Shown: positions 26,996-35,917 of the stretch, piece by piece | Position numbering within the stretch: the first letter of the stretch is position 1 | Layout of the letters: each line of letters begins with the position of its first letter | Program-made: the position numbers and the translations under genes | Notes under the pieces: model-generated | Seen by the model: the letters and a program-made list of their open reading frames with translations, nothing else | Told to the model about the DNA's origin: nothing | The model's database searches: none | Assembly: GCA_964440985.1 (NCBI GenBank) | Contig: CAYTWE010000007.1 | Location: forward strand, 1-63,688 | Direction: 5' to 3' | Origin: an uncultured Lentisphaeraceae bacterium | GTDB taxonomy: Bacteria; Verrucomicrobiota; Kiritimatiellia; RFP12; UBA1067 | DNA: 63,688 bases

Positions 26996-28324
26996 CTACT
27001 TCGTCCTCAACCAGACGTCAAAGTTGAATCCACCTGGCTTCTTTGCGTTCTGCGAGTGCCAAGGATACCAATTGTGTCCGGATCCTATGGCATTGATGAT
27101 TCCCTTGTCCTTCGACCGGCACACGTTGTATGCGGCGTACACGTCCGCAGGCGCACAGGCCATATCCGCGAATCCAACGATGAAACGGATTGGACTCTTG
27201 ATGCCGTAGGCGAAATTCACGCCGTCGAAATATGCGGCGTACCTCTCCGCCGCCGCCCTCTTATCCGCAGACTGCCTGGCGATGAGGTTCGGCCATCCGT
27301 TCATGCGTTTCTGGCGGTAGCCGTAGTGTCCGGTTATTGCGCACACAGCCACAAACGACTTAGTGAAATGAGAATTCAGGTAGCTGAGGAACAGTCCGAA
27401 TCCACCGCCCTGGCTCGAACCGAAATACGTTACCTGCGAAAGATCAACGTCCGGGCGCGCACAGACCCAATCCACCGCCCGGTTGATGCCGAGCATCACA
27501 TCGTGATACCAGTAGTCCTCACGCGATTCCCCGATGCCGGCGATGGAGCATGAGTACGCATTCCTTTCGGGCAACCCATACTTCTCAGCAAGCGCCGCAT
27601 TCTGAAGCTGCATCTGCGCCTTCTGCTCCTCGTGCGTCGCCTTCGGATCGAAAGTGTGGACGTTCATCACGAGATGGATTTCATCATCTCCAGTACCCGC
27701 CGAAACCGCGCCTGGGCCCGCACCAGGAACATTCACCCGCACACGGAACGGAGCCTTGGATGAATCTTTCGGGACGGCCATGAACCCGTAGACGCGCTTT
27801 CCGCAGAACGTCGCAAAATTGACACGATAGCAATTGTATGTCTTCGTTGACAGGCGTTCATCAAGCGTCATTTTCGGATCAAGCGGAACTTCACGCTCAA
27901 GCCGCGCCTTCTCGGATGTCCAGTACTCGTCGAAATCCGCCGGACGCGGCTCATCCTGGCGTATCTTCTCCACATCGTATCCCACGCCCCAGACCACAGA
28001 ATTCGTGCCGGAGCGCACCTGCAGCCGCAAGAACCCCTCCTCGTCCATCCGCCCTTTGACCTTGAATGGATTGCTCTCGGCGAGATCTGTATTGCCGGAT
28101 GCGAACTTCTTCGACCCGAAGTTGTCAAGCGACCATGTCGCCGTGCCCGACTTGAGCGGCGCACCGTCGTCCCCTTTTACGGTGACGGCGAACGTCGCCT
28201 CGTCGCCGGTGCGGTACAGGGCGTCAGCGCGATCCTGCTCGACCTCAATCGTGGCGGCAAACGCCGCAATCGCGGCGAACGCCGGCATCAGCGTCATCAT
28301 CTTCCTCATCATGCACATTTTCAT
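26996..28324 (-). CDS. Acetylxylan esterase / cephalosporin deacetylase (CE7-like), secreted
   Basis: PADFDEYW, VPGAG, GSSQGGG nucleophile and YFDGVNFA; signal peptide. Start approximate. Confidence 0.85.
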   Translation of the reverse strand: MKMCMMRKMMTLMPAFAAIAAFAATIEVEQDRADALYRTGDEATFAVTVKGDDGAPLKSGTATWSLDNFGSKKFASGNTDLAESNPFKVKGRMDEEGFLRLQVRSGTNSVVWGVGYDVEKIRQDEPRPADFDEYWTSEKARLEREVPLDPKMTLDERLSTKTYNCYRVNFATFCGKRVYGFMAVPKDSSKAPFRVRVNVPGAGPGAVSAGTGDDEIHLVMNVHTFDPKATHEEQKAQMQLQNAALAEKYGLPERNAYSCSIAGIGESREDYWYHDVMLGINRAVDWVCARPDVDLSQVTYFGSSQGGGFGLFLSYLNSHFTKSFVAVCAITGHYGYRQKRMNGWPNLIARQSADKRAAAERYAAYFDGVNFAYGIKSPIRFIVGFADMACAPADVYAAYNVCRSKDKGIINAIGSGHNWYPWHSQNAKKPGGFNFDVWLRTK

Positions 28325-28362
28325 TGTGGCCTCACTTGCTTTTGGTTGTGGTGTATGGATTG

Positions 28363-29862
28363 TCACATCTGGCGAAGGATCCAGTCCGGCACATCCTTGC
28401 ACGCAATCGTCTCGCGCTGGAGTTCCCCAAGCTGCACCGGATCTGATTTCGCCCCGACGATCGGCATCAAGGCGGGTTCATCGCCGGATTTGCGGCAAAT
28501 GAATCCGAATCGCGCAAGCGGATTGTTGGTGCAGCAGTTGGGGCATCCGCTGATCCTGACATCGTTCAGGATGTGTTTCGCAATCTTCATCTTCTCCGGA
28601 GTGTCAATCGGCATAATGCGGCGATCCAGCTCCATGGCGACATCGGTCGCGAATGTGGGCGCGTCGTTCACGCCTGTCGTGCAGATGCTGCCGCCGATGC
28701 AGGTGAGGATGTGTCCGGCAAAGCTGCGCTCCACAACGTAATCTATCGGATAGAACCGTCTCTTCAACAGGCCATGCAGAGCCGCAAGCTGGTTTTCCGG
28801 AACGTTCTGGATGCACAGGTCGCCGCTTGCAAGCAGCTGCATCTTCTGCACACCATACGGCTCAAAAGCTTCGTATAGTTTGCCGATCTGACCGTAATCA
28901 AGTCTTGAGTACGGGACGAACAGTCTCACGGCAAACCGTCCATTGCGCAACGGCGCAGTCGCCAGCTGCCTCCAGACATCGAACCCGACATCCTCCTCCG
29001 CATCCGCGACGAATGACGGCTCGGGCCATCTCTCCGGTTCGACCGCATCACCGTCAACGGCTTCCGCTGCGGTTTCACGTCCGAAATACTCATTCAGCGT
29101 CGAAACGAAAGCGTCATCACCCATATCCTCGCGCAGGAAACGGATGCGGGCGTGTGCGCGGTTCGTGCGGTTGCCCTTCTCGTCAAACATCCGCGTGAGG
29201 GCAAACGCCAGACGGCAACAGTCCTCCGCAGGGAGGGCGTCGAAAATCTTAACTCCCACGCTCGGCCTGAAGCCGATGCCGCCGGCGACCCACGTCTCGA
29301 ACACGCGGCGGCCATCCAGCATCTTTGCGACAAAGCCAAGATCCTGCACGGCGGCAAGCCGTCTGTCAGCCACGCGGTCCGCAAACCCGATCTTTATCTT
29401 GCGCGGCAGCGCATACGCCGTATCGAACCGGTAGAACGCGGACGAAAGCGCACGGGCATACGGTATCACGTCGAACGCCGAATCCTCGTGCAGCCCGGAA
29501 CTCGCGCTCACATGAACGTTGCGGAACGTATCGCCTCCGCCCCCCCTGAACGGCATTCCACGCGATTCGCACAGCTCAAGCGCAAACGGCACGCTCCGAG
29601 GCGGAACGCCATGCAGCTGGATGTCGAGACGCGACGTCAAATGGCAGAACGGAAGACCAAGCCTGTATATGATCTCGGCTACATTACGCAAGTCGTCGAA
29701 TGTCACCACTCCACCCGGACGGCGAATCCGCATCATCGCGTTGCCGTCGCGCTGCAGATATATCCCGAAGCCCGCAGACACGCTCTTGAGCTCCTTTGCG
29801 TCGATATCTCCTTGCGAGTACTGCTCCCAGGCGTGCACCAACTTGAACTGAAACGGCTCCAT
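28363..29862 (-). CDS. Siroheme-[4Fe-4S] sulfite/nitrite reductase (ferredoxin type)
   Basis: GIYLQR, HLTSRLDIQLH, LPRKIKI, GNRTNRAHARIRF, and the ligand motifs CIGGSIC and SGCPNCC. Confidence 0.85.
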   Translation of the reverse strand: MEPFQFKLVHAWEQYSQGDIDAKELKSVSAGFGIYLQRDGNAMMRIRRPGGVVTFDDLRNVAEIIYRLGLPFCHLTSRLDIQLHGVPPRSVPFALELCESRGMPFRGGGGDTFRNVHVSASSGLHEDSAFDVIPYARALSSAFYRFDTAYALPRKIKIGFADRVADRRLAAVQDLGFVAKMLDGRRVFETWVAGGIGFRPSVGVKIFDALPAEDCCRLAFALTRMFDEKGNRTNRAHARIRFLREDMGDDAFVSTLNEYFGRETAAEAVDGDAVEPERWPEPSFVADAEEDVGFDVWRQLATAPLRNGRFAVRLFVPYSRLDYGQIGKLYEAFEPYGVQKMQLLASGDLCIQNVPENQLAALHGLLKRRFYPIDYVVERSFAGHILTCIGGSICTTGVNDAPTFATDVAMELDRRIMPIDTPEKMKIAKHILNDVRISGCPNCCTNNPLARFGFICRKSGDEPALMPIVGAKSDPVQLGELQRETIACKDVPDWILRQM

Positions 29863-29865
29863 TTT

Positions 29866-30162
29866 CTAACCACCTTTCGAGACTTCATCTCCGGCGTCAG
29901 ATCCGGCATCTATCCAGACCCAAAGCCGATACATCAGAAATCCCCATGCGAAGAACAGCACGAAGTAAAGCCATATCGGAAGCCCATCCTTGAAGCCATC
30001 CACGGAGAACCATCTCTGCCAGTCAGGGATGTCCGTGTAGTAGTACTGTCCGCATCCAAAATCAAGTTCCGGCGAAAGGCCGAGATGAAACACCATCACA
30101 TAGACGGCGCCTGCGACTGCCGCCACCATTGCCGCACCGGTCGCTATCGATGTTGTCTTCAT
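29866..30162 (-). CDS. Small 2-TM hypothetical membrane protein
   Basis: 98 aa; ATGA-coupled to the YeiH gene; DFGCGQYYYTDIP loop between two TM segments. Confidence 0.7.
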   Translation of the reverse strand: MKTTSIATGAAMVAAVAGAVYVMVFHLGLSPELDFGCGQYYYTDIPDWQRWFSVDGFKDGLPIWLYFVLFFAWGFLMYRLWVWIDAGSDAGDEVSKGG

Positions 30163-31559
30163 GGGCCTATCGCGGGAACAGGGAAGAATCTTCCGCACAG
30201 CAGCGCCCAAGCCACGATGAACGTCAGGACGAGATTGAAAATCTGTCCAACGATATAAAGCTGAAACGGCTTGCCGCCCTGAACCTGAGAGCAGAGATCC
30301 TTGAAGTTGGTCTCAAGCCCTATCGACGTGAACGCGAGGGCGAACGCCCAGTTCTGAAACTCCTTGAGATGCCGAATCACTCCGTTCGTCGCATCCACGC
30401 CGAACGCGGGCTGCATCACGAACGAGAAGAACATCGACGCGAAGATGAAGCCGAGTATGAACTTGGGAAACCTTTCCCATATCTCGCCTATCCCGACCTT
30501 TCTTCCAGATCCGTTCCCGCCGTCAACCTTCGTAGTGAAGAATATCGCTATGGCGAGCGCAATGAAGCCGATGAGGATGTTCTGGATCATCTTCACGAGC
30601 GCGGCCACCTGTCCGCCAAGATCGCCGAGAGCCTGTCCCGCAAGCACCACTGCACCGGTGGAATCCACCGTGCCGCCGATCCACGCGCCGCCGATCATCT
30701 GGTCAATGCCGACCGCCTTGATGAAGAACGGCATCCCCACCATCATCAGAACGGTGAATATGAGGGACGTGCCGACCGCGAACGCAAGGTCCGTCTTTTT
30801 GGCTTTAGACGCCGCTGCGGCGGCGATCGCAGCGGATGTGCCGCATACAGACGTCGCGGCTGATATCGTCATGACAAGCGGCTTGTTCCTTATCTTCAGA
30901 ACCTTCGTGCCATACCACCACATGAATATGATGACTACGGGCGTTACGCCCCACGCGATTCCAAGACCGTACAGACCGAACTTCTGGATGTTGCTGAACA
31001 GAACCTGCGCGCCAAGAATCACAAGGCCGGTCTTGATGTAGAACTCCGTCCGCAAGGCGGGCTTCAGCCATTCCGGCGTCTTTACCGTGTTGCTCACGAG
31101 CAGACCGAGCAGCAGCGCCCAGAATGCGTATTCAAGATATCGCTTGAAGGTGAATTCGGCGGACAGGATGCGTACAACGCACACCAGAGCAAAAAGTCCC
31201 GCAAACGCAACGATGTACCGTCCGGCCCGCTTTCCCTCAAGTCTGTTGCCAACCGTGAACAGCGTCCCAAGCGAAACGAACGTGACGGCAAGCTTCCACC
31301 AAAGCGGACACGTGAACATTTCGCAGAACGGCTTCACCTTGCCTGGGTTGGCGGCGATCTCTCCCGAAAAGCCCCATGTCGCGAACTTCGCGCCTGAGAA
31401 ATCGAACCAGCCGGTGAGTGCACCCACGGCGGCAACCGCTATCAGGATGAACGCCGCCCATATGGAAAGCCAATCCTCCTTGTGCAAGAGGTCTCTCCAC
31501 CTGAACCTGTCGGCCACGACCACACTGTCGCAGCCGTCTTCCCTTCTATCTGCGGACAT
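30159..31559 (-). CDS. YeiH/UPF0324 putative sulfate exporter family transporter
   Basis: EDWLSIW, EFYIKTGLV, SVCGTSAAIA, GAWIGGTVDSTGAV and WERFPKFILGF motifs. Confidence 0.88.
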   Translation of the reverse strand: MSADRREDGCDSVVVADRFRWRDLLHKEDWLSIWAAFILIAVAAVGALTGWFDFSGAKFATWGFSGEIAANPGKVKPFCEMFTCPLWWKLAVTFVSLGTLFTVGNRLEGKRAGRYIVAFAGLFALVCVVRILSAEFTFKRYLEYAFWALLLGLLVSNTVKTPEWLKPALRTEFYIKTGLVILGAQVLFSNIQKFGLYGLGIAWGVTPVVIIFMWWYGTKVLKIRNKPLVMTISAATSVCGTSAAIAAAAASKAKKTDLAFAVGTSLIFTVLMMVGMPFFIKAVGIDQMIGGAWIGGTVDSTGAVVLAGQALGDLGGQVAALVKMIQNILIGFIALAIAIFFTTKVDGGNGSGRKVGIGEIWERFPKFILGFIFASMFFSFVMQPAFGVDATNGVIRHLKEFQNWAFALAFTSIGLETNFKDLCSQVQGGKPFQLYIVGQIFNLVLTFIVAWALLCGRFFPVPAIGP

Positions 31560-31689
31560 TTACCTCAATCTCTTCCTTTACAAATTTACAACTTACGATT
31601 TGCGGTTCGCAACTTGAACGCCGTGCAGACCTCGATCCAAATCAACCGCAATCAAGAATCACCGGTCTCCGCCGCCATCTGCCAACCGC

Positions 31690-33054
31690 TCAATTCTTGA
31701 ACGAATGTATCGGAGCCGGGATGCGGCCTCGACGCGATATGAAGCGCTCGCACGAAAACCTGTTCACAGGCATGATGGGCGCGTGTCCGAGAAGTCCTCC
31801 GAACTCGACGGAATCCCCGACCTTCTTTCCGGCTACAGGGATTATGCGCACTGCGGTCGTCTTCTGGTTCACCATGCCTATCGCCGCCTCGTCGGCGATT
31901 ATGCCGGATATCGTGGCGGCGGATGTGTCTCCGGGGATGGCAATCATGTCCAACCCCACGGAGCAGACGCACGTCATCGCCTCCAGCTTCTCGATCGTAA
32001 GGGCACCGGCCTCAACGGCGTCTATCATGCCCTGATCCTCCGACACCGGGATGAACGCGCCGGAAAGCCCGCCAACGTACGAACTCGCCATGACGCCGCC
32101 CTTCTTCACCTGGTCGTTGAGAAGCGCAAGCGCGGCAGTCGTGCCGGGAGCGCCGGGATGCTCAAGGCCTATCTCCTTGAGGATGTCCGCAACGGAATCT
32201 CCGACGGCCGGGGTCGGGGCGAGGGAAAGGTCGATTATTCCGAACGGGACGCCAAGGCGGCGGCTCGCCTCCTGCGCAACGAGCTGTCCGACCCGCGTTA
32301 TCTTGAAAGCCGTCCTCTTGATCGTTTCGCACAGCGTCTCGAAATCAGAGCCGCGTATCTGCGAAAGCACGTGCTTGACCACGCCGGGTCCGCTCACGCC
32401 CACATTGATTATCGCCTCCGCCTCAGTCACGCCGTGGAACGCACCCGCCATGAACGGATTGTCGTCAGGGGCGTTGCACAGCACGACCAGTTTCGCGCAT
32501 CCGAGCGAATCGCAATCCTTTGTGCGCTCTGCGGTGCTCTTGACGATCTCGCCCATAAGACGAACGGCGTCCATATCCAGCCCCGTCTTCGTGGAGCCGA
32601 CGTTTACGCTTGAGCAGACGCGACCCGTCACGGCGAGCGCCTCAGGAATCGAGCGGATCAGAAGTTCATCGGATCGCGTCATACCCTTCGACACAACGGC
32701 GGAATATCCGCCGAGAAAGTTGATTCCAAGCTCGGCCGCAGCGCGATCGAGCGATTTCGCGATCTTTACATAGTCCTCAGGGGTTCTGCAGCATGACGCT
32801 CCCACCAGCGAAATCGGCGTTATCGATACGCGCTTGTTCACGATCGGTATTCCGAACTCACGACTGATTTCATCGCCGGTCTTCACAAGCCTTCCAGCAT
32901 AGCGCAGAAGCTTGTCGTATACATTTGTGCATACAGAATCCAGGTTCGAGTCGGCGCAGTCGAGGAGCGATATGCCCATCGTAATCGTACGCACGTCCAG
33001 GTTCTCGTCCTGGATCATCTTGTTCGTTTCGAGAACTTCATTTATGGAAATCAT
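31690..33054 (-). CDS. UPF0210 / PFL-family protein
   Basis: [44 protein letters not shown] and [12 protein letters not shown] motifs. Confidence 0.93.
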   Translation of the reverse strand: MISINEVLETNKMIQDENLDVRTITMGISLLDCADSNLDSVCTNVYDKLLRYAGRLVKTGDEISREFGIPIVNKRVSITPISLVGASCCRTPEDYVKIAKSLDRAAAELGINFLGGYSAVVSKGMTRSDELLIRSIPEALAVTGRVCSSVNVGSTKTGLDMDAVRLMGEIVKSTAERTKDCDSLGCAKLVVLCNAPDDNPFMAGAFHGVTEAEAIINVGVSGPGVVKHVLSQIRGSDFETLCETIKRTAFKITRVGQLVAQEASRRLGVPFGIIDLSLAPTPAVGDSVADILKEIGLEHPGAPGTTAALALLNDQVKKGGVMASSYVGGLSGAFIPVSEDQGMIDAVEAGALTIEKLEAMTCVCSVGLDMIAIPGDTSAATISGIIADEAAIGMVNQKTTAVRIIPVAGKKVGDSVEFGGLLGHAPIMPVNRFSCERFISRRGRIPAPIHSFKN

Positions 33055-33065
33055 TTTCTTCCTCA

Positions 33066-35027
33066 TTAAGCCTGTATCGCCTTCTTCAGTTCTGCGGCGA
33101 CCGTGTGCGGATCGCAAGAGTCAAGCCGCTTCAGGACGCATGACCAGCGGTACGCGCCCGATCCGGCCTGATCGTACGGACGCCCCACAAACAGGTCGTC
33201 GAACGCAGTCCTGCGGTCGCGGTATGTCTGCTGAACGTCTGTGAGACGGCGTTCGAACGCCGCCACGTACGTCTTCGCGAACTCGGCGAAATCGGACACG
33301 TATTTCTCGCGTCTCCGCACAACGTCCGCATACGGCGCGACACCCCGCTCAAGCGGCGTCTGGTAATCGACGAAGCTCCCGGCATGGTCGGTCACAACAA
33401 GACGCACCGGGAGCCCCTTCGGCCCGATCTGCAGCACTTCGTAGTTCTTGTCGAAGAGCGGCTCGTTCGTCTCTGTGGCGCGACGGCCGACCACAAGGTC
33501 GAGTGCGGCGGCCTCGCCCATCAGCTCCGCGAACTTCAGGGCAAACGCGGGGTTGTGGAAACGCTCGACAGGTATCTTGTCCGAAGCGACGCCCTGCACG
33601 TACTGGCGCACATAGTAGTACGCTCGCACCGTTGTTCCGAAGTACTGGTTCTTGCCCGTATACTTCTCCGTGAACTGGCCGAACCCTACATGGTGCGGCA
33701 GACTCATGCCAAGCTGGCGACAGGCAAGACGCCTGTCCATGATGTAGTCCGAATAGTCGTTCGCCTCGATTATGGACGTAAGAAGATCCTTGCCTTCATC
33801 GAGATGCTCCGCGATGCCCCACTTCTGGAAGCGGATTATGAAAATGCGCGCAATCGGTTCGCCTATTTCCTTGTACTGCACGATGTAGACGTTGCCGCGC
33901 CTCATCCCCGCAATCGGCTTGCGGGCGAGCGAGTGCGCGATGCGGCCCACGTTCACGTAGTCGATCGTCCCGAAGAGACGCATGAGGTTGAATATGATGG
34001 ATCTCACGCGAAGGTCGCAGACTTCCGCAAGTTCCGGATCGCGTGTGCGCTGATACTCGTCGAACAGCGGATCGAAGATGAGCTGACCCTGCGTGACGCG
34101 TCCGCCCGGCAGCCACTCGATCTGACGGTAGAATTCCGGGCTGATCCCCTGGATGAGCTCGCGGTCTCCGACCTCCGTTTCGTTTGCCTTCTTGGAGAGG
34201 ACTTCGCCCATCTCCGCCCGCCACACGAGGTTCGTATTCGGATTCTCGTCGCGCAGTTCCGGCGGCAGAGCCATCCGCCACTCCATCTCAAGCTTCTCCG
34301 CCGCAGCCCGAAGCTTGTCGACCCCCATCTCCATAGGCTTGAGTTCACGGAACTGGCTGCGCAGCTCCGTTGCGATTGCAGGAGGAAAGAGATCGATATC
34401 GGGGGAGCCGAGCCGGTTGCGGGAACTCAGTCCGCTTACGATCTCGTCCATCTGTGCGCGGAACTCTTCGTCCGGCATGACGCACACGGAGGAATACGCA
34501 TCGGCGGTGAGATAGCGTGTGCCGGTGTTTCCGTTGTAGTGGTATATCGCCGCATGGCGGATTGCGCTGCGCCCGCGCTCAATCTGCTTGTCCGTCTCGG
34601 CGCGTGTGCGAACGTCACGCGCTATGCGCCAGTTTTCGCCACGCGCACGGAGTGCGTCGCGCACCCTTCTGGCGTGTGTGTTGAGAAATCGGATCTTGCG
34701 CTTCGATACGATCTTCTGAAGTTCATCATCCGCCCAGAGCGCGAGATCCATGCGGTCGGGATCGGGGCGTATAAGCACCACGTCGTCAAGGAACAGAAGG
34801 TCTACGGAATGGGCGACGAGCCTCGATATCTCGTCATCCGTGAGCGCAAGCAGCCCCTCTTCGGAACGTTGCCTGTTCACCTCGTCAACCCATGCCTGCC
34901 GCTGCATCGCGTGTATGCCGCATTGCGTGACAAGACCAGGGTAGTCTGTGAGGAAGATTGTGCCTACGCGGGACTTCAACCGTCCGTCACCGTCTTTGGA
35001 AAATATCGGTTCTCCGAGAATCTTCAT
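33066..35027 (-). CDS. Conserved-looking hypothetical protein (653 aa), possible atypical kinase fold at the C-terminus
   Basis: Long ORF with typical codon bias, ATGA-coupled to folD. No family recognised. Confidence 0.85.
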   Translation of the reverse strand: MKILGEPIFSKDGDGRLKSRVGTIFLTDYPGLVTQCGIHAMQRQAWVDEVNRQRSEEGLLALTDDEISRLVAHSVDLLFLDDVVLIRPDPDRMDLALWADDELQKIVSKRKIRFLNTHARRVRDALRARGENWRIARDVRTRAETDKQIERGRSAIRHAAIYHYNGNTGTRYLTADAYSSVCVMPDEEFRAQMDEIVSGLSSRNRLGSPDIDLFPPAIATELRSQFRELKPMEMGVDKLRAAAEKLEMEWRMALPPELRDENPNTNLVWRAEMGEVLSKKANETEVGDRELIQGISPEFYRQIEWLPGGRVTQGQLIFDPLFDEYQRTRDPELAEVCDLRVRSIIFNLMRLFGTIDYVNVGRIAHSLARKPIAGMRRGNVYIVQYKEIGEPIARIFIIRFQKWGIAEHLDEGKDLLTSIIEANDYSDYIMDRRLACRQLGMSLPHHVGFGQFTEKYTGKNQYFGTTVRAYYYVRQYVQGVASDKIPVERFHNPAFALKFAELMGEAAALDLVVGRRATETNEPLFDKNYEVLQIGPKGLPVRLVVTDHAGSFVDYQTPLERGVAPYADVVRRREKYVSDFAEFAKTYVAAFERRLTDVQQTYRDRRTAFDDLFVGRPYDQAGSGAYRWSCVLKRLDSCDPHTVAAELKKAIQA

Positions 35028-35917
35028 GGGATGTCCTTTCTTTCTGCCGCCATTCTTGCGCTCTCAAGCGTGTTCCACAGAAGCATGGTGATTGTCATCG
35101 GGCCGACGCCGCCGGGAACCGGCGTGATTGCGGACGCAACTTCGGCGCATGATTCGAAATCGGCGTCTCCGCAGAGCCTGTATCCCTTTGGTTTCGTGGC
35201 ATCCTCCACGCGGTTCACGCCCACATCAATCACGACTGCGCCCTTTTTAAGCATATCGCCCGTCAGCGTGTTCGGGCGGCCGGCGGCGACCACCACCACG
35301 TCAGCCGTGCGCGTGAACGCGGCGACATCCGGCGTCCCGGTGTGGCAGAGCGTCACTGTGGCGTTCACGCCCTTGCGCGAAAGCAGCACCGCAACGGGCT
35401 TGCCCACTATGTTGGAGCGGCCTATCACGACAGCGTGCTTGCCGGAAAGATCCATGCCGGTGACTTCAATCAGCTTGATTATTCCGTGCGGAGTGCATGG
35501 GAGGAAGCAGTCGTCGCCGATGAGCATTTTGCCGACGTTCACCGGAGTGAAGCCGTCAACATCCTTTTCCGGCGCAATCGCGCAGATCACCCGCTTTTCG
35601 CTGAATCCACGCGGCAGCGGGAGCTGCACGAGGATGCCGTGTATCTCAGGATCGCGGTTGAGCGACTCAATCTCGGACAGAAGTTCGTCCTCCGATATCG
35701 TGGACGGCATGCGTATCTCACGCGACAGCATCCCCGCCTCACGGCAGGCCTTCTCCTTTGCCGTAACATACGAAACGCTTGCCGGGTTGTCTCCGACAAG
35801 TATCACCGCAAGGCCGGGCGTGACGCCCTTCTCCGACTTGAGCGCAGCAACCCCGTGCGCAATCTCCGCACGGGTGTCCGCAGCCAGTTTCTTTCCGTCT
35901 ATGATCTGAGCTTTCAT
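35024..35917 (-). CDS. folD: Methylenetetrahydrofolate dehydrogenase/cyclohydrolase
   Basis: GILVQLPLP, EKDVDG, PCTPHG, GRSNIVGKP and TPVPGGVGPMT motifs. Confidence 0.97.
   Translation of the reverse strand: MKAQIIDGKKLAADTRAEIAHGVAALKSEKGVTPGLAVILVGDNPASVSYVTAKEKACREAGMLSREIRMPSTISEDELLSEIESLNRDPEIHGILVQLPLPRGFSEKRVICAIAPEKDVDGFTPVNVGKMLIGDDCFLPCTPHGIIKLIEVTGMDLSGKHAVVIGRSNIVGKPVAVLLSRKGVNATVTLCHTGTPDVAAFTRTADVVVVAAGRPNTLTGDMLKKGAVVIDVGVNRVEDATKPKGYRLCGDADFESCAEVASAITPVPGGVGPMTITMLLWNTLESARMAAERKDIP

Noticed and set aside
33384-35909. 841-aa plus-strand ORF and other long antisense ORFs (e.g. 1329-2765, 57762-59852, 7911-9206)
   Set aside because: Shadow ORFs opposite well-supported genes, expected from high GC3 codon bias; no recognisable motifs.
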